Position numbers and translations under genes: made by a program. A DNA stretch of 64,000 nucleotides from Candidatus Saccharimonadota bacterium (GTDB lineage: Bacteria > Patescibacteriota > Saccharimonadia > Saccharimonadales > UBA10212), in contig JACDFN010000002.1 of NCBI GenBank assembly GCA_013815775.1, positions 128,717-192,716 on the forward strand. Direction: 5' to 3'. Below, piece after piece: positions 9,203 through 17,783 of the stretch; position 1 is the first letter of the stretch; every line of letters begins with the position of its first letter. A model generated the notes under the pieces. It made no database searches. It saw nothing but the letters and a program-made list of their open reading frames with translations, and was not told the origin of the DNA.

Positions 9203-9715
9203 TTAAAGAGCTGCTTCGAGAGCAGCCCATTCAACATCGACTGTCGTGTCTTCGGGGACATTTACGCTAACTTGATCCCCTGGCTTTGCTTTGAAATAGG
9301 TCACGCTTGCAAGTAGCACTCTGTACTGCTTTCCGCCTACGTCCACAAAGTAATGTCCGTCTTTTTGATTCAAGACACCAACAATTTGCTTGCGGGGGAT
9401 GGGGCCGATTTGCTTATACATGAAAGCACCATCATCAGCGATGGTTAATTTTAAAATATCTCCTTGGACAAGCTTAGACTTACTAGCATAATTAGCTGGT
9501 ACCGGATATGTTTTACTGTCGCTTCCGACCATATTTTGACCATCAAATACACCCTCGATCACCTTACCCAGAGCTTGATCCTTTACCCTGTCTGCTAGCA
9601 CTGGATCGTCTCCCACAAGGCTTACTATTAGCTCTTTGGCTGCTGCTAGGCTTGTTTCTGCTTCACCAATTAAAGCTCGCAGCCGTTTAATTTGTTTTTC
9701 GGGTATTTCTGACAT
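9203..9715 (-). CDS. hypothetical protein (170 aa) between rplL and dnaX
   Basis: Long ORF with a GGAGAG SD 10 nt upstream of the ATG. It has an N-terminal helical segment and a beta-rich C-terminus. I recognise no family. Confidence 0.5.
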   Translation of the reverse strand: MSEIPEKQIKRLRALIGEAETSLAAAKELIVSLVGDDPVLADRVKDQALGKVIEGVFDGQNMVGSDSKTYPVPANYASKSKLVQGDILKLTIADDGAFMYKQIGPIPRKQIVGVLNQKDGHYFVDVGGKQYRVLLASVTYFKAKPGDQVSVNVPEDTTVDVEWAALEAAL

Positions 9716-9884
9716 TTTGCTTTTTAACTCTCCAGCCTCTCCCTGATCTTTGTTTGCTTACACTTACCCCAAAACTACCACAGTTTAAGCCTCAAGTCAA
9801 AAGCCATGATTAGGGGTTGTGGATAAACACTCCCAATCAGGACTGCTTGCTGTCTCTGAACGACAAACGCTTAAACGTAAGTAG

Positions 9885-10304
9885 CTATACTAGTTCCACC
9901 GTAGCGCCGGCATCCTCAAGTGCTTTTTTAGCAGCCTCGGCCTCGTCTTTAGTCGCTTTTTCTTTGACCGGCTTAGGCGCGCTGTCTACAATTGCCTTCG
10001 CCTCACCGAGCCCTAAACCGGTTATCTCCTTAACTGCTTTGATAACTGCAACCTTTTGGGCACCGGCGTCTTTAAGAACAACGTCGTATTCGTTCTTTTC
10101 TTCGGCTACTTCAGTACTCTCTCCGCTGCCTGAACCAGTAGCTGCAGCTGCAACTGGTGCAGCGGCGCTTACTCCCCAATATTCTTCTAAGAATTTCACA
10201 AATTTACTTATTTCCAGAGCGCTCATTTTGTCGAGCTTTTCTACGATTGTTGCGAACTCCTTGGGAACTTCTACGGAACTAACTTCATTATTATTTTCTG
10301 CCAT
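9885..10304 (-). CDS. rplL: 50S ribosomal protein L7/L12
   Basis: Ala-rich hinge followed by a C-terminal domain reading [27 protein letters not shown]...[10 protein letters not shown]. Confidence 0.95.
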   Translation of the reverse strand: MAENNNEVSSVEVPKEFATIVEKLDKMSALEISKFVKFLEEYWGVSAAAPVAAAATGSGSGESTEVAEEKNEYDVVLKDAGAQKVAVIKAVKEITGLGLGEAKAIVDSAPKPVKEKATKDEAEAAKKALEDAGATVELV

Positions 10305-10323
10305 TATATTTTCCTTTCAATTG

Positions 10324-10857
10324 TTATTGACTAATATTAGTTGCTCTTGCGCTTAACACATTCATAACGCCTCTTACGTTTCCAGCTAGAACCCTTACAA
10401 AGCTACTGGCTGGAGCCGCAAAAGTACCAACTAGTTGTGCTCGAAGCTGTAGTTTGCTGGGTAAACTCGCCAAAGTCTTGATTTCATCTGGCTCTAACAT
10501 TCGACCATCAGCGGTAAGTGCTCCTACAAATTCAAGTTGAGGTTCAATCTTAGCGAAATTTGCCAAACTTTGGGCGGGTGCAACCTCATCTTGAGAATTA
10601 AACGCGTACAAAAGTTGACCCTGGATTATCCCAGTATCAAGATCTTTGTAGTTTTCATTTTTACTAATTGCTTTTTTAAATAACCGGTTTTTAATAACTC
10701 GAATTTGCGTTCCGTTATTCCGGCTATCATTGCGCAACTGTTGCATTGATTTAACAGATGTACCAGGGTAACGCGCAAAAACGGTCAATTTTGATTCAGC
10801 CAGCAGATCACTCGCTTCGGCAACTATTTCTTTCTTCTTATCTTTACTTAAAGCCAT
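10324..10857 (-). CDS. rplJ: 50S ribosomal protein L10
   Basis: L10 family sequence directly upstream of rplL. A GGAG SD lies 6 nt from the ATG. Confidence 0.93.
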   Translation of the reverse strand: MALSKDKKKEIVAEASDLLAESKLTVFARYPGTSVKSMQQLRNDSRNNGTQIRVIKNRLFKKAISKNENYKDLDTGIIQGQLLYAFNSQDEVAPAQSLANFAKIEPQLEFVGALTADGRMLEPDEIKTLASLPSKLQLRAQLVGTFAAPASSFVRVLAGNVRGVMNVLSARATNISQ

Positions 10858-11082
10858 TAATTCTCCTTTCTTTTTTAGAGTATTTTTTACTTATTAGACT
10901 TCTTAGAAGTCGTTTACTATCCGCCAAAAATAAAAAAAATCTCTGGCTACTACAAAGATTAATTAGTGATTTATCCTAAAATATTCACAGCCTCGGTAGC
11001 AAAATTAAGTCACGTCACACGTGCCAGCTACTATCTTCGGTAGTTACTTAATAAATTACCATATAAGGGGTTGGGATGCAAG
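10858..11082 (-). promoter_or_regulatory. 225-nt untranslated region upstream of rplJ (possible L10 leader)
   Basis: Long non-coding gap containing small hairpins (GACTT-CTTAG-AAGTC at 10897-10911; CACGT-GTG-ACGTG near 11021-11037). I could not verify a match to a known L10-leader fold by eye. Confidence 0.25.
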
Positions 11083-13092
11083 TTATTTAAGAGGTTTTGC
11101 TGATGATATTTGGCGATAATTTCGTATATTTTTTTGTTTATTTGAGAGAACATCCGATGCCCCAACCGTAACCTTATCAAGTAAGTGTTCAGCGATTAAC
11201 GGGTGGGCTAATGCAAGCTGCTTATTCATTAGAGACATTAAAGACGAGTATGGCTGAGCTGCATTAATCTCTGGCTGCGAAGATTGCAAATCTTTTAGTG
11301 TCATGGAGAAAAGCCATCGCCGTTTATGTCCGAATAACGTGAAATACTCTAATATATCTTCTCTCCCCGCGCTTTGAACAGCGGAAAATAAACTAGAAAA
11401 TAACTCAAAAGACTCCATGAAAATATCATCAACCTTGGCGGCCGCTAGAAAGCCGGGTACATCATAGCCGTAGCGCGCGGTTAAGGGTTGGGACTGTAAG
11501 TCTTTAACATTATGCTGAGAGAAGAAGTGTTTCATGACTCCTTCATCTGCTAAAATGTCCCATCGATAGCGGAACTGGTCCAAGGCTTGATTGCGGGAAT
11601 TATCGAGGACTGACTTAAGGGCCCTTAATTTCTGCTCGTAAGACCATGTTTCAATTTCAGAAATAATCTCTGATCGTGATAAGTTTACTTTCGGGTATAT
11701 GCTATCGGCTAAAACTTCAAACTCATTTCGAGGCCACCAGGAAAGAAGTTGGACCGGTTCTGCAGTGACTATGCTTCGGGCTGTCACTAAGCCATCGATA
11801 AATAAAGATACATAATCATCAGTCTTGCTCGCACCTTTAGCTACCGGTCCGTCTAATAGTTTAAAAACATTCGGTCTTTGGCCATGGGCTGCTTGTCTTA
11901 ACTGTGAACAAAGCCACTTCACTTCATCTCGTGTATTAAATTTTAGGGAGTTGAGCATAGTGGCTATATCTAAACTTGAACCGCTAATTCGTAAAGTTAC
12001 TAGGGCACTCATAGGAGTAATTGAAAGAAGTACTGAGCTTATCGCTTCCTTATCAACTTTGGAATTTTTCAAAAGATGTTTTTTCAGCTCGCTACGTAGG
12101 AATGATAAACGTTCTAGGCTTTCTTTATTTAACCGATTAAGCGAAGAGCTAAGTCGAGGGAGCTTGTAATAACTTAATTCCGAATTATTCTGTTGAAGTT
12201 TTTGAGTCAATTTAATTCCTGGGAATCCTTGCAGTTGGCTTGCTGCGTATAGGCTAATATTGCTAAGTCTAAGCTCCAGGCTTTGCTCGTCTGGTTTACT
12301 GGGTATGTTGTCTTTAGGTGCTGAGATTACATGATCACTAAGCTTATCTAGGCGGATAACAGAGCCCTTACCTGTCTGTAATCGTCTAGGCGGTAGCAGG
12401 GGTTGCACGATTTGCCATATTTTATTGTTAATGTCTGGGACACTAAGAAGTTTATCAGCTTCAACGCAGTCCACAGCGTGAAAGTCTTTAGGAAAAAGTT
12501 GAGTTAAAAGATTATACGTTTTAACAGATTTACGTAGATGTTCAATGTCGGCTTCGTGTTCATCCCTCTTGCTGGTAGTATATTCACGGGTTACTTTCTG
12601 ACCGATTAATTGGTATGAAACTTCGGCAGGAACTTTTAAGAATATGTTTATACTTGGCCGGGGTATGCCCAGAAGGTTGTATTCCAGACTATCTTCCCAC
12701 AGAAAAAAACCTCTCTGCTCTACTTCATCTTGAAACTTAGCTCCTTGGTGAGCCATATTGGATCCGACGTAACGGTTTGACAAAACTACTTTTCCGGAAT
12801 CGATAGCACTACGAATTGCAGGAGCAGCCTCATATCGATCAAGAGCGTAGAACATGGAGGCTGTGTAAGGGCTAACTGAATTGGCTGGCCCGTAAACTCC
12901 GTTTAAGTACTGCTTAACGAAGTGACTAGAAGGCTGGTCATACCTTGGAAAATCAAAAACTTCTACATCATATCCCATAGCCTTCACACGCTCCGCCAGT
13001 AGTCTAAACTGAGTAGTTTTGCCAGAACCGTCCGCCCCTTCTAGAACTATAAACACCCCTTCTCCAGAAAAAATATTTTGTGCGTTGCTCAC
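11083..13092 (-). CDS. tmk: thymidylate kinase (N-terminal ~210 aa) fused to a ~430-aa C-terminal module with ThyX-like segments
   Basis: Tmk P-loop VLEGADGSGKTTQ, FPRY and SNRYVGSNMAHQ motifs. The C-terminal part resembles ThyX by eye, with RHR replaced by SQH. The GTG start overlaps the dcd stop (TAGTG). Confidence 0.75.
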   Translation of the reverse strand: MSNAQNIFSGEGVFIVLEGADGSGKTTQFRLLAERVKAMGYDVEVFDFPRYDQPSSHFVKQYLNGVYGPANSVSPYTASMFYALDRYEAAPAIRSAIDSGKVVLSNRYVGSNMAHQGAKFQDEVEQRGFFLWEDSLEYNLLGIPRPSINIFLKVPAEVSYQLIGQKVTREYTTSKRDEHEADIEHLRKSVKTYNLLTQLFPKDFHAVDCVEADKLLSVPDINNKIWQIVQPLLPPRRLQTGKGSVIRLDKLSDHVISAPKDNIPSKPDEQSLELRLSNISLYAASQLQGFPGIKLTQKLQQNNSELSYYKLPRLSSSLNRLNKESLERLSFLRSELKKHLLKNSKVDKEAISSVLLSITPMSALVTLRISGSSLDIATMLNSLKFNTRDEVKWLCSQLRQAAHGQRPNVFKLLDGPVAKGASKTDDYVSLFIDGLVTARSIVTAEPVQLLSWWPRNEFEVLADSIYPKVNLSRSEIISEIETWSYEQKLRALKSVLDNSRNQALDQFRYRWDILADEGVMKHFFSQHNVKDLQSQPLTARYGYDVPGFLAAAKVDDIFMESFELFSSLFSAVQSAGREDILEYFTLFGHKRRWLFSMTLKDLQSSQPEINAAQPYSSLMSLMNKQLALAHPLIAEHLLDKVTVGASDVLSNKQKNIRNYRQISSAKPLK

Positions 13093-13805
13093 TAATAACC
13101 CTCGATTCCTATAATCGGTTTAGGCATAGAGCGCTTGTCTTTGTAAGCTTTTGGTAGCATATGTTCCGGCCGCCAATTTCTGATTAGGCTATTTAAATTA
13201 GTACCAGTCTGATATTTACCACTGAAGCCTTGGTCCCTACCCTGCCCGTAACTTCCTTCGACTTCGCCTGTTTCATGAAAAATTATTTGAGCGATTCTTT
13301 CGCCGACGGGCAGAAGCATTAACTCGTTTTGATTAAGATTATAAATTTCTAGAGTCAACCTATTGATATATCCAGGATCAATCCATCCAGCATCAAAGCA
13401 CACTGCCAAACCGCTTCTTCCCCAGCTAGAGCGAGACTTGACCTCACATGCGCCAGGGGGTTTTATGCCAAAAAACTCGTGAGTATGCCCTAGGATTCGC
13501 TCTCCTGGTCGAATGGGAATAACCGGGTGATTTGCAGGAATACCGCTTAAAAGTTTGATACCGTTGTCGTCGCACCACTTTTTATGGGGTACAGCCTTAA
13601 GCGCGCCTTCGAAGTATCGTTTTACGTCCTTATTATCAAAGGGGTTATATACTGGATGATCCGCTGACCGCTCGGTTCTATAGTAGTAATGACCCAAAGT
13701 AACATCGAGGCTAGCATGCGACACATGCTTAGGTATAAAAGGCTCACATAATATATGTCCCGAGCTAAGTGCATCTCTTATTTGTTTGTTGCTAAACACT
13801 CCCAT
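13092..13805 (-). CDS. dcd: dCTP deaminase family protein
   Basis: 237 aa. N-terminal ..IRDALSSGHI..EPF....V.HASLDVTLG and the SRSSWGR..L / GW.DPGY pattern are typical of the Dcd/dUTPase-fold family. Confidence 0.8.
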   Translation of the reverse strand: MGVFSNKQIRDALSSGHILCEPFIPKHVSHASLDVTLGHYYYRTERSADHPVYNPFDNKDVKRYFEGALKAVPHKKWCDDNGIKLLSGIPANHPVIPIRPGERILGHTHEFFGIKPPGACEVKSRSSWGRSGLAVCFDAGWIDPGYINRLTLEIYNLNQNELMLLPVGERIAQIIFHETGEVEGSYGQGRDQGFSGKYQTGTNLNSLIRNWRPEHMLPKAYKDKRSMPKPIIGIEGY

Positions 13806-13859
13806 TGGTGACCTACCCCTGTCTATTTAGTCTATTAACAATAATACTTACTAGCAAGC

Positions 13860-14834
13860 TTAAGGGTTTTCAGTTCGTATGCTTGGTCCCATGGTGCTAG
13901 TAATGTAAACGGTCTTAAAGTAGTTACCCTTCAGGCTACTGGGTTTTGCCGACTTTATACTAGAAAGAGCGGCTTGAGCATTTTGAACTAACTTATCGGA
14001 ACCAAAACTTGTCTTACCTATGCCCATATGTACAATGCCGGCGCTGTCAACGCGATACTCAACACGCCCCGCTTTAGCCTGTTTAACTGCCTTTTCAACG
14101 TCAGTAGTCACTGTTCCACTCTTTGGGTTAGGCATTAACCCTCTAGGGCCTAAAAAGCGTGCGTATTTACTAAGCCGAGGCATCATAGCTGGTGTAGCTA
14201 CTAAAATGTCAAAATCTATATCTTCCTTTTCCAGTTTAGCTTGAATTTTATCAGCTCCAGCTAGGTCTGCTCCTGCTTTGATAGCTTTTTGTTCATCGTC
14301 ACCTTCAACGAAAGCAACAATGCGTAGTGTTTTGCCTGTGCCAGCTGGTAAAACCACAATTTCACGAATATTTTGATCTGCTTGCTTAGGATCCACTCCG
14401 AGACTAACATGTAACTCTATTGTCGAATCGAAATTTGTTGTCGTAGTCTTAATTGCTAAGTCTATTGCCTCGGTCAGTGTGTAGGTCTTAGTCTTATCAA
14501 TTAGCTCAGAAGCTATTTTAAATTTTTTACCAGCTCGTTCAACTCGACTACGAGATGGTTGTTTAAATTTTTTAGGATTTTCCTCTTTACCTGTTTTGCG
14601 AGTTTCTTTTGCTAGCTTATCTTCAGTTTCTTTCACGGCTTTAGCGCTGCGCTTGCCCGCTTTAGCGGTGGCTTTGGGAATAGGCGGGTTGTCTTTCATA
14701 ACTTCTTCGGTCTGGAGCACCTCCACTTTATTTTCAGAACCATTTTTTGCGACCGACTTAGTATCAGTGGCCGGTTCCGGGGTTTTTTGTTTAGTAGCTT
14801 GTTCTCTTTTATTCGCTTTTTTGACTTCTGCCAT
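13860..14834 (-). CDS. rplA: 50S ribosomal protein L1 with a ~90-aa Lys/Glu-rich N-terminal extension
   Basis: The L1 core begins around ..RAGKKFKIASELIDKTKTYTLTEAIDL. The ATG at 14834 has a strong GGGAG SD 6 nt upstream. Confidence 0.9.
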   Translation of the reverse strand: MAEVKKANKREQATKQKTPEPATDTKSVAKNGSENKVEVLQTEEVMKDNPPIPKATAKAGKRSAKAVKETEDKLAKETRKTGKEENPKKFKQPSRSRVERAGKKFKIASELIDKTKTYTLTEAIDLAIKTTTTNFDSTIELHVSLGVDPKQADQNIREIVVLPAGTGKTLRIVAFVEGDDEQKAIKAGADLAGADKIQAKLEKEDIDFDILVATPAMMPRLSKYARFLGPRGLMPNPKSGTVTTDVEKAVKQAKAGRVEYRVDSAGIVHMGIGKTSFGSDKLVQNAQAALSSIKSAKPSSLKGNYFKTVYITSTMGPSIRTENP

Positions 14835-14840
14835 AATTTA

Positions 14841-14877
14841 CTCCCTAGTGGTGCTATCGGCTTAGCGCCTCCCACTT
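14841..14877 (-). promoter_or_regulatory. putative L1-binding autoregulatory site (mimic of the 23S rRNA L1 stalk) upstream of rplA
   Basis: Minus strand reads AAGUGGGAGGCgcuaaGCCGAuagcaCCACUAGGGAG. The AGUGG/CCACU stem encloses GGGAGGC..GCCGA, which resembles E. coli 23S GGUGGGAGGC...GCCGACC...ACCACC and the archaeal L1 mRNA site (both from memory). Confidence 0.45.
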
Positions 14878-14923
14878 ATTACTTATCTTTAATTAATTAA
14901 CTCAAGACTTTCCAGAGTAGTTT

Positions 14924-15352
14924 TTACTCGATTTCTATGCCCATACTTCGGGCTGTTCCGGCAACCATTTTTTTCACAGCCTCAATATCATCGGTGTTCA
15001 TGTCGTTGGCTTTAGCTTCTGCTATCTGGGTTAACTGAGTATCAGACAGTTTTTTATCTAATTTCAATTTATTGGGTTCTCCTGAGCCTTTATTAACATT
15101 GAGAGCTGAAAGTATTAACTCGTCCGTAGGGGTGCCAACAACACGCCACTTCATAGTCTTATCTTGATATATCGCTATATGAACAGTAAGCATTTGGCCT
15201 TGACGGTCTTTAGTTTCTTCATTGAATGGGTTCACAAAATCCATCATATTAACACCGTGCTGACCCAAGGTGCTTCCTACAGGCGGCGCCGCGCTGGCTT
15301 GCCCTCCTCGAATTTTCATTTTTAAGTTCGCTTTAACTATTTTTGTTGCCAT
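14924..15352 (-). CDS. rplK: 50S ribosomal protein L11
   Basis: L11 family sequence (..GGQASAAPPVGSTLGQHGVNMMDF..) in the conserved position after nusG. Confidence 0.95.
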   Translation of the reverse strand: MATKIVKANLKMKIRGGQASAAPPVGSTLGQHGVNMMDFVNPFNEETKDRQGQMLTVHIAIYQDKTMKWRVVGTPTDELILSALNVNKGSGEPNKLKLDKKLSDTQLTQIAEAKANDMNTDDIEAVKKMVAGTARSMGIEIE

Positions 15353-15355
15353 AAT

Positions 15356-15898
15356 TTAAACTCTCTTTACCTGTAGACCGTCTAACTCAACTGGAGTTTC
15401 GCGACCAAACATATTAACTAATACCTTTAACTTACCTTTTTGGGCATCAATTTCATTAATAGCTCCATCAAAACCCTTAAAAGGACCATCGATTATGTTA
15501 ACAACTTCGCCGACTCTATAATCAAATTTATGCTTCGGTTCTTCCCTGCCCATACGTTTCAAAATTTTGCCGATCTCATCTTCTGAGATGGGGGTTGGCT
15601 CTGCGCCTGTGCCCACAAAGCCTGTTACATTGGGAGTGTTGCGTACAATATACCAAGCATCTTCAGAAAGCATCATCTCTACTAATACATATCCTTGAAA
15701 AATTCGCTTTTCTACAACCTTGCGTTTACCGTTCTTGATTTCTATCATTTTTTCCTTAGGCACTAAAACTTGAAAAATCTTATCACCCATATCTAAAGAC
15801 TCAGCTCTTTGCCTTATGCTTTCTGCCACTTTTTCTTCATAGCCGCTATATGTGTGAATCGCGTACCATTGTTTGGATGAATCGTATCGTTTGCTCAT
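15356..15898 (-). CDS. nusG: transcription termination/antitermination factor NusG
   Basis: WYAIHTYSGYEEKV NGN domain and a C-terminal KOW motif (GEVVNIIDGPFKGFDGAI). Confidence 0.95.
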   Translation of the reverse strand: MSKRYDSSKQWYAIHTYSGYEEKVAESIRQRAESLDMGDKIFQVLVPKEKMIEIKNGKRKVVEKRIFQGYVLVEMMLSEDAWYIVRNTPNVTGFVGTGAEPTPISEDEIGKILKRMGREEPKHKFDYRVGEVVNIIDGPFKGFDGAINEIDAQKGKLKVLVNMFGRETPVELDGLQVKRV

Positions 15899-15921
15899 AA
15901 AATTTCCTTAGAATTTTCCTT

Positions 15922-16317
15922 TTACTTTAAAATTACGTTCTTAAAAATTGCCCCAAGTGCTTTGTCAACGACAGCTACCATAGATCCAAAAATTATTGCA
16001 AAAATAAACACCGCTCCGGTAAGTCGCCAGGTTTCTCTCCTGTTTGGCCAAGTGACTTGGTTGACTTCACGCCACGAATTAATCAGATAGCTCGGTATTA
16101 ATTTCCTAAGACCTCGACCTATAAAACCAGCAAGACCGTAGAGAGGATTCGTTAAACGATTTCGCGGAAGTTTAAGCCTAAGAAAAGGCCGTTTTACTAA
16201 CCTAGAAGTACGCTTTACCCGACTTTTTTTAGAACTATTCTCTTTACTCCGGGTTATTTCAGCCCTCTCGCGTATGGTTGGGGCACTCTTGCGTAATCGC
16301 GGTTTTTTTTCTGCCAC
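15922..16317 (-). CDS. secE: preprotein translocase subunit SecE
   Basis: C-terminal SWREVNQVTWPNRRETW followed by a TM helix. I prefer the GTG at 16317 (GGAGAG SD 6 nt upstream) over the track's TTG at 16338, which lies in the U-tract of the upstream terminator. Confidence 0.85.
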   Translation of the reverse strand: MAEKKPRLRKSAPTIRERAEITRSKENSSKKSRVKRTSRLVKRPFLRLKLPRNRLTNPLYGLAGFIGRGLRKLIPSYLINSWREVNQVTWPNRRETWRLTGAVFIFAIIFGSMVAVVDKALGAIFKNVILK

Positions 16318-16336
16318 TAAAAACTCTCCCTTATTC

Positions 16337-16363
16337 AAAAAACCTACTCATCGTTAGAGTAGG
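16337..16363 (-). terminator. intrinsic terminator after the DUF45 gene
   Basis: Minus strand reads CCTACTC-taacgat-GAGTAGG followed by TTTTTTG. Confidence 0.55.
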
Positions 16364-16410
16364 TCGTCAATGTCAATAGTACGTTATATCTATTCTTTAA
16401 GCAAGAAGAA

Positions 16411-17115
16411 TTATGAAACTTCAATTCTAGAATTATATATTTTAATTTCTTCCTGAAGATGTCGGGCTTGTGGGAGTGAATTAATTAAGTCGTTCCAGAA
16501 CTCGCGGCTATGATTCATGTGTCGAGTGTGTACTAATTCATGAAGTAAGACGTAGTCAATTAGCGGCCAAGGCAATTGAATTAAGAAGTAGCTTAGGTTA
16601 ATAACTTTAGCGTTAGAGCAGCTGCCCCATCTAGAAGTCAGCTTTCGAATTCTTACACCCCGGTAAGAATACCCTTTTTCTTGGGCCAGCGTTGCTAACC
16701 TTGCCGGCAGAAGGTCCACAGCTTCCTTAAGCAGGGCCCTTTGGCTGGCAGCTCCTGCTGCGCTTTGTACTAACTTATCACCAAAGGGGAGATCAGTATA
16801 TATTCTAACTTCGGTCTGCGTCACACGCGACGAGATCTTGGCTTTCCCTCGAGATGGGTAAAAACATAATCTATGTGCCTTTCCGATCCTAGCGCCATCA
16901 GACAATTGAACAAGAGGTCGTAATGCCTGCTGCTGAATAATCCACGCTTTACGCCTTTTTGCAAATGCGATGCCGGCAGCATATGGTGTCCAGCTGGGTA
17001 GCCCAATCCTCACCTGGCCACTGGGAGTGATGCTTAGGCGTATATATTTTGCACCTCGCCTTTTGGATAGATACACCTCGCCGATGTCGGGTAACATTAC
17101 GCTTCGATAGGCCAT
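16411..17115 (-). CDS. YgjP-like (DUF45, SprT/WLM-like) metal-dependent hydrolase
   Basis: C-terminal HELVHTRHMNHSREFW (HExxH) motif. Length and layout are typical of DUF45. Confidence 0.8.
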   Translation of the reverse strand: MAYRSVMLPDIGEVYLSKRRGAKYIRLSITPSGQVRIGLPSWTPYAAGIAFAKRRKAWIIQQQALRPLVQLSDGARIGKAHRLCFYPSRGKAKISSRVTQTEVRIYTDLPFGDKLVQSAAGAASQRALLKEAVDLLPARLATLAQEKGYSYRGVRIRKLTSRWGSCSNAKVINLSYFLIQLPWPLIDYVLLHELVHTRHMNHSREFWNDLINSLPQARHLQEEIKIYNSRIEVS

Positions 17116-17116
17116 C

Positions 17117-17776
17117 CTATCTAATAGTGATGTTTCGGCGACTCATATCTACCCTACCAGCATGGGGGTTAGGAACTAGGTTGATAAGCCCTGGTTTTGT
17201 AATAGACGATTGAACGTCTCCGCTTTCTATCAACCCAATTTGATAAAAACGATTTATAATAGCACTTTTTTGAGTAGCAAAGGTATGCTTACCGCTTATT
17301 ACTAAATAATCTTCGGACTGTGGGTTTTGCATACCGGCTACCTGTTTATCGAAAGTTTGACGGGTTTGAGGTTCTGCATAGCGGTCATCGTTAGTTCTTC
17401 GGTCCCGGCCCTGAGTTCGGGTAAAAGCACTATCTACATCAACTTGAAGCCATATTAAAACATACTCTGCCCTGTATTTGCGGGCTAACTCGCGCAGCTG
17501 CCTCCGCTGACCAACCCTAAGGGCATTTGTATCATAAACTACGCTTACTCCAGCGCTCATGAATTCTTCGCACATGTAATTCATTAAGTGACTAACGATG
17601 GCATTCTCTTGGGGGTCGTAGCGTGGATTCTCAAACAGTTCGGTTCTAATTCGGTCAGCACTAACATGAACTGATTGGATAACTTCAGCCAAATTGCGAG
17701 CGACGTAACTTTTTCCAGCCCCAGGGTAGCCGTATAAACAAATTAACACCGGTTTGCTCAGAACAATTTTGCTCAT
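17117..17776 (-). CDS. P-loop kinase / AAA_33-like ATP-binding protein
   Basis: Walker A LYGYPGAGKSY near the N-terminus, small kinase-like size (219 aa), and 1 nt from the DUF45 gene. The substrate is unknown. Confidence 0.6.
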   Translation of the reverse strand: MSKIVLSKPVLICLYGYPGAGKSYVARNLAEVIQSVHVSADRIRTELFENPRYDPQENAIVSHLMNYMCEEFMSAGVSVVYDTNALRVGQRRQLRELARKYRAEYVLIWLQVDVDSAFTRTQGRDRRTNDDRYAEPQTRQTFDKQVAGMQNPQSEDYLVISGKHTFATQKSAIINRFYQIGLIESGDVQSSITKPGLINLVPNPHAGRVDMSRRNITIR

Positions 17777-17783
17777 CTATTTG

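Noticed and set aside
9817-10356. 179-aa plus-strand ORF antisense to rplL/rplJ.
   Set aside because: It is a Ser/Ala/Leu-rich low-complexity mirror of the Ala/Glu/Lys-rich L7/L12 coding strand. It has no SD and lies fully inside confidently identified genes.
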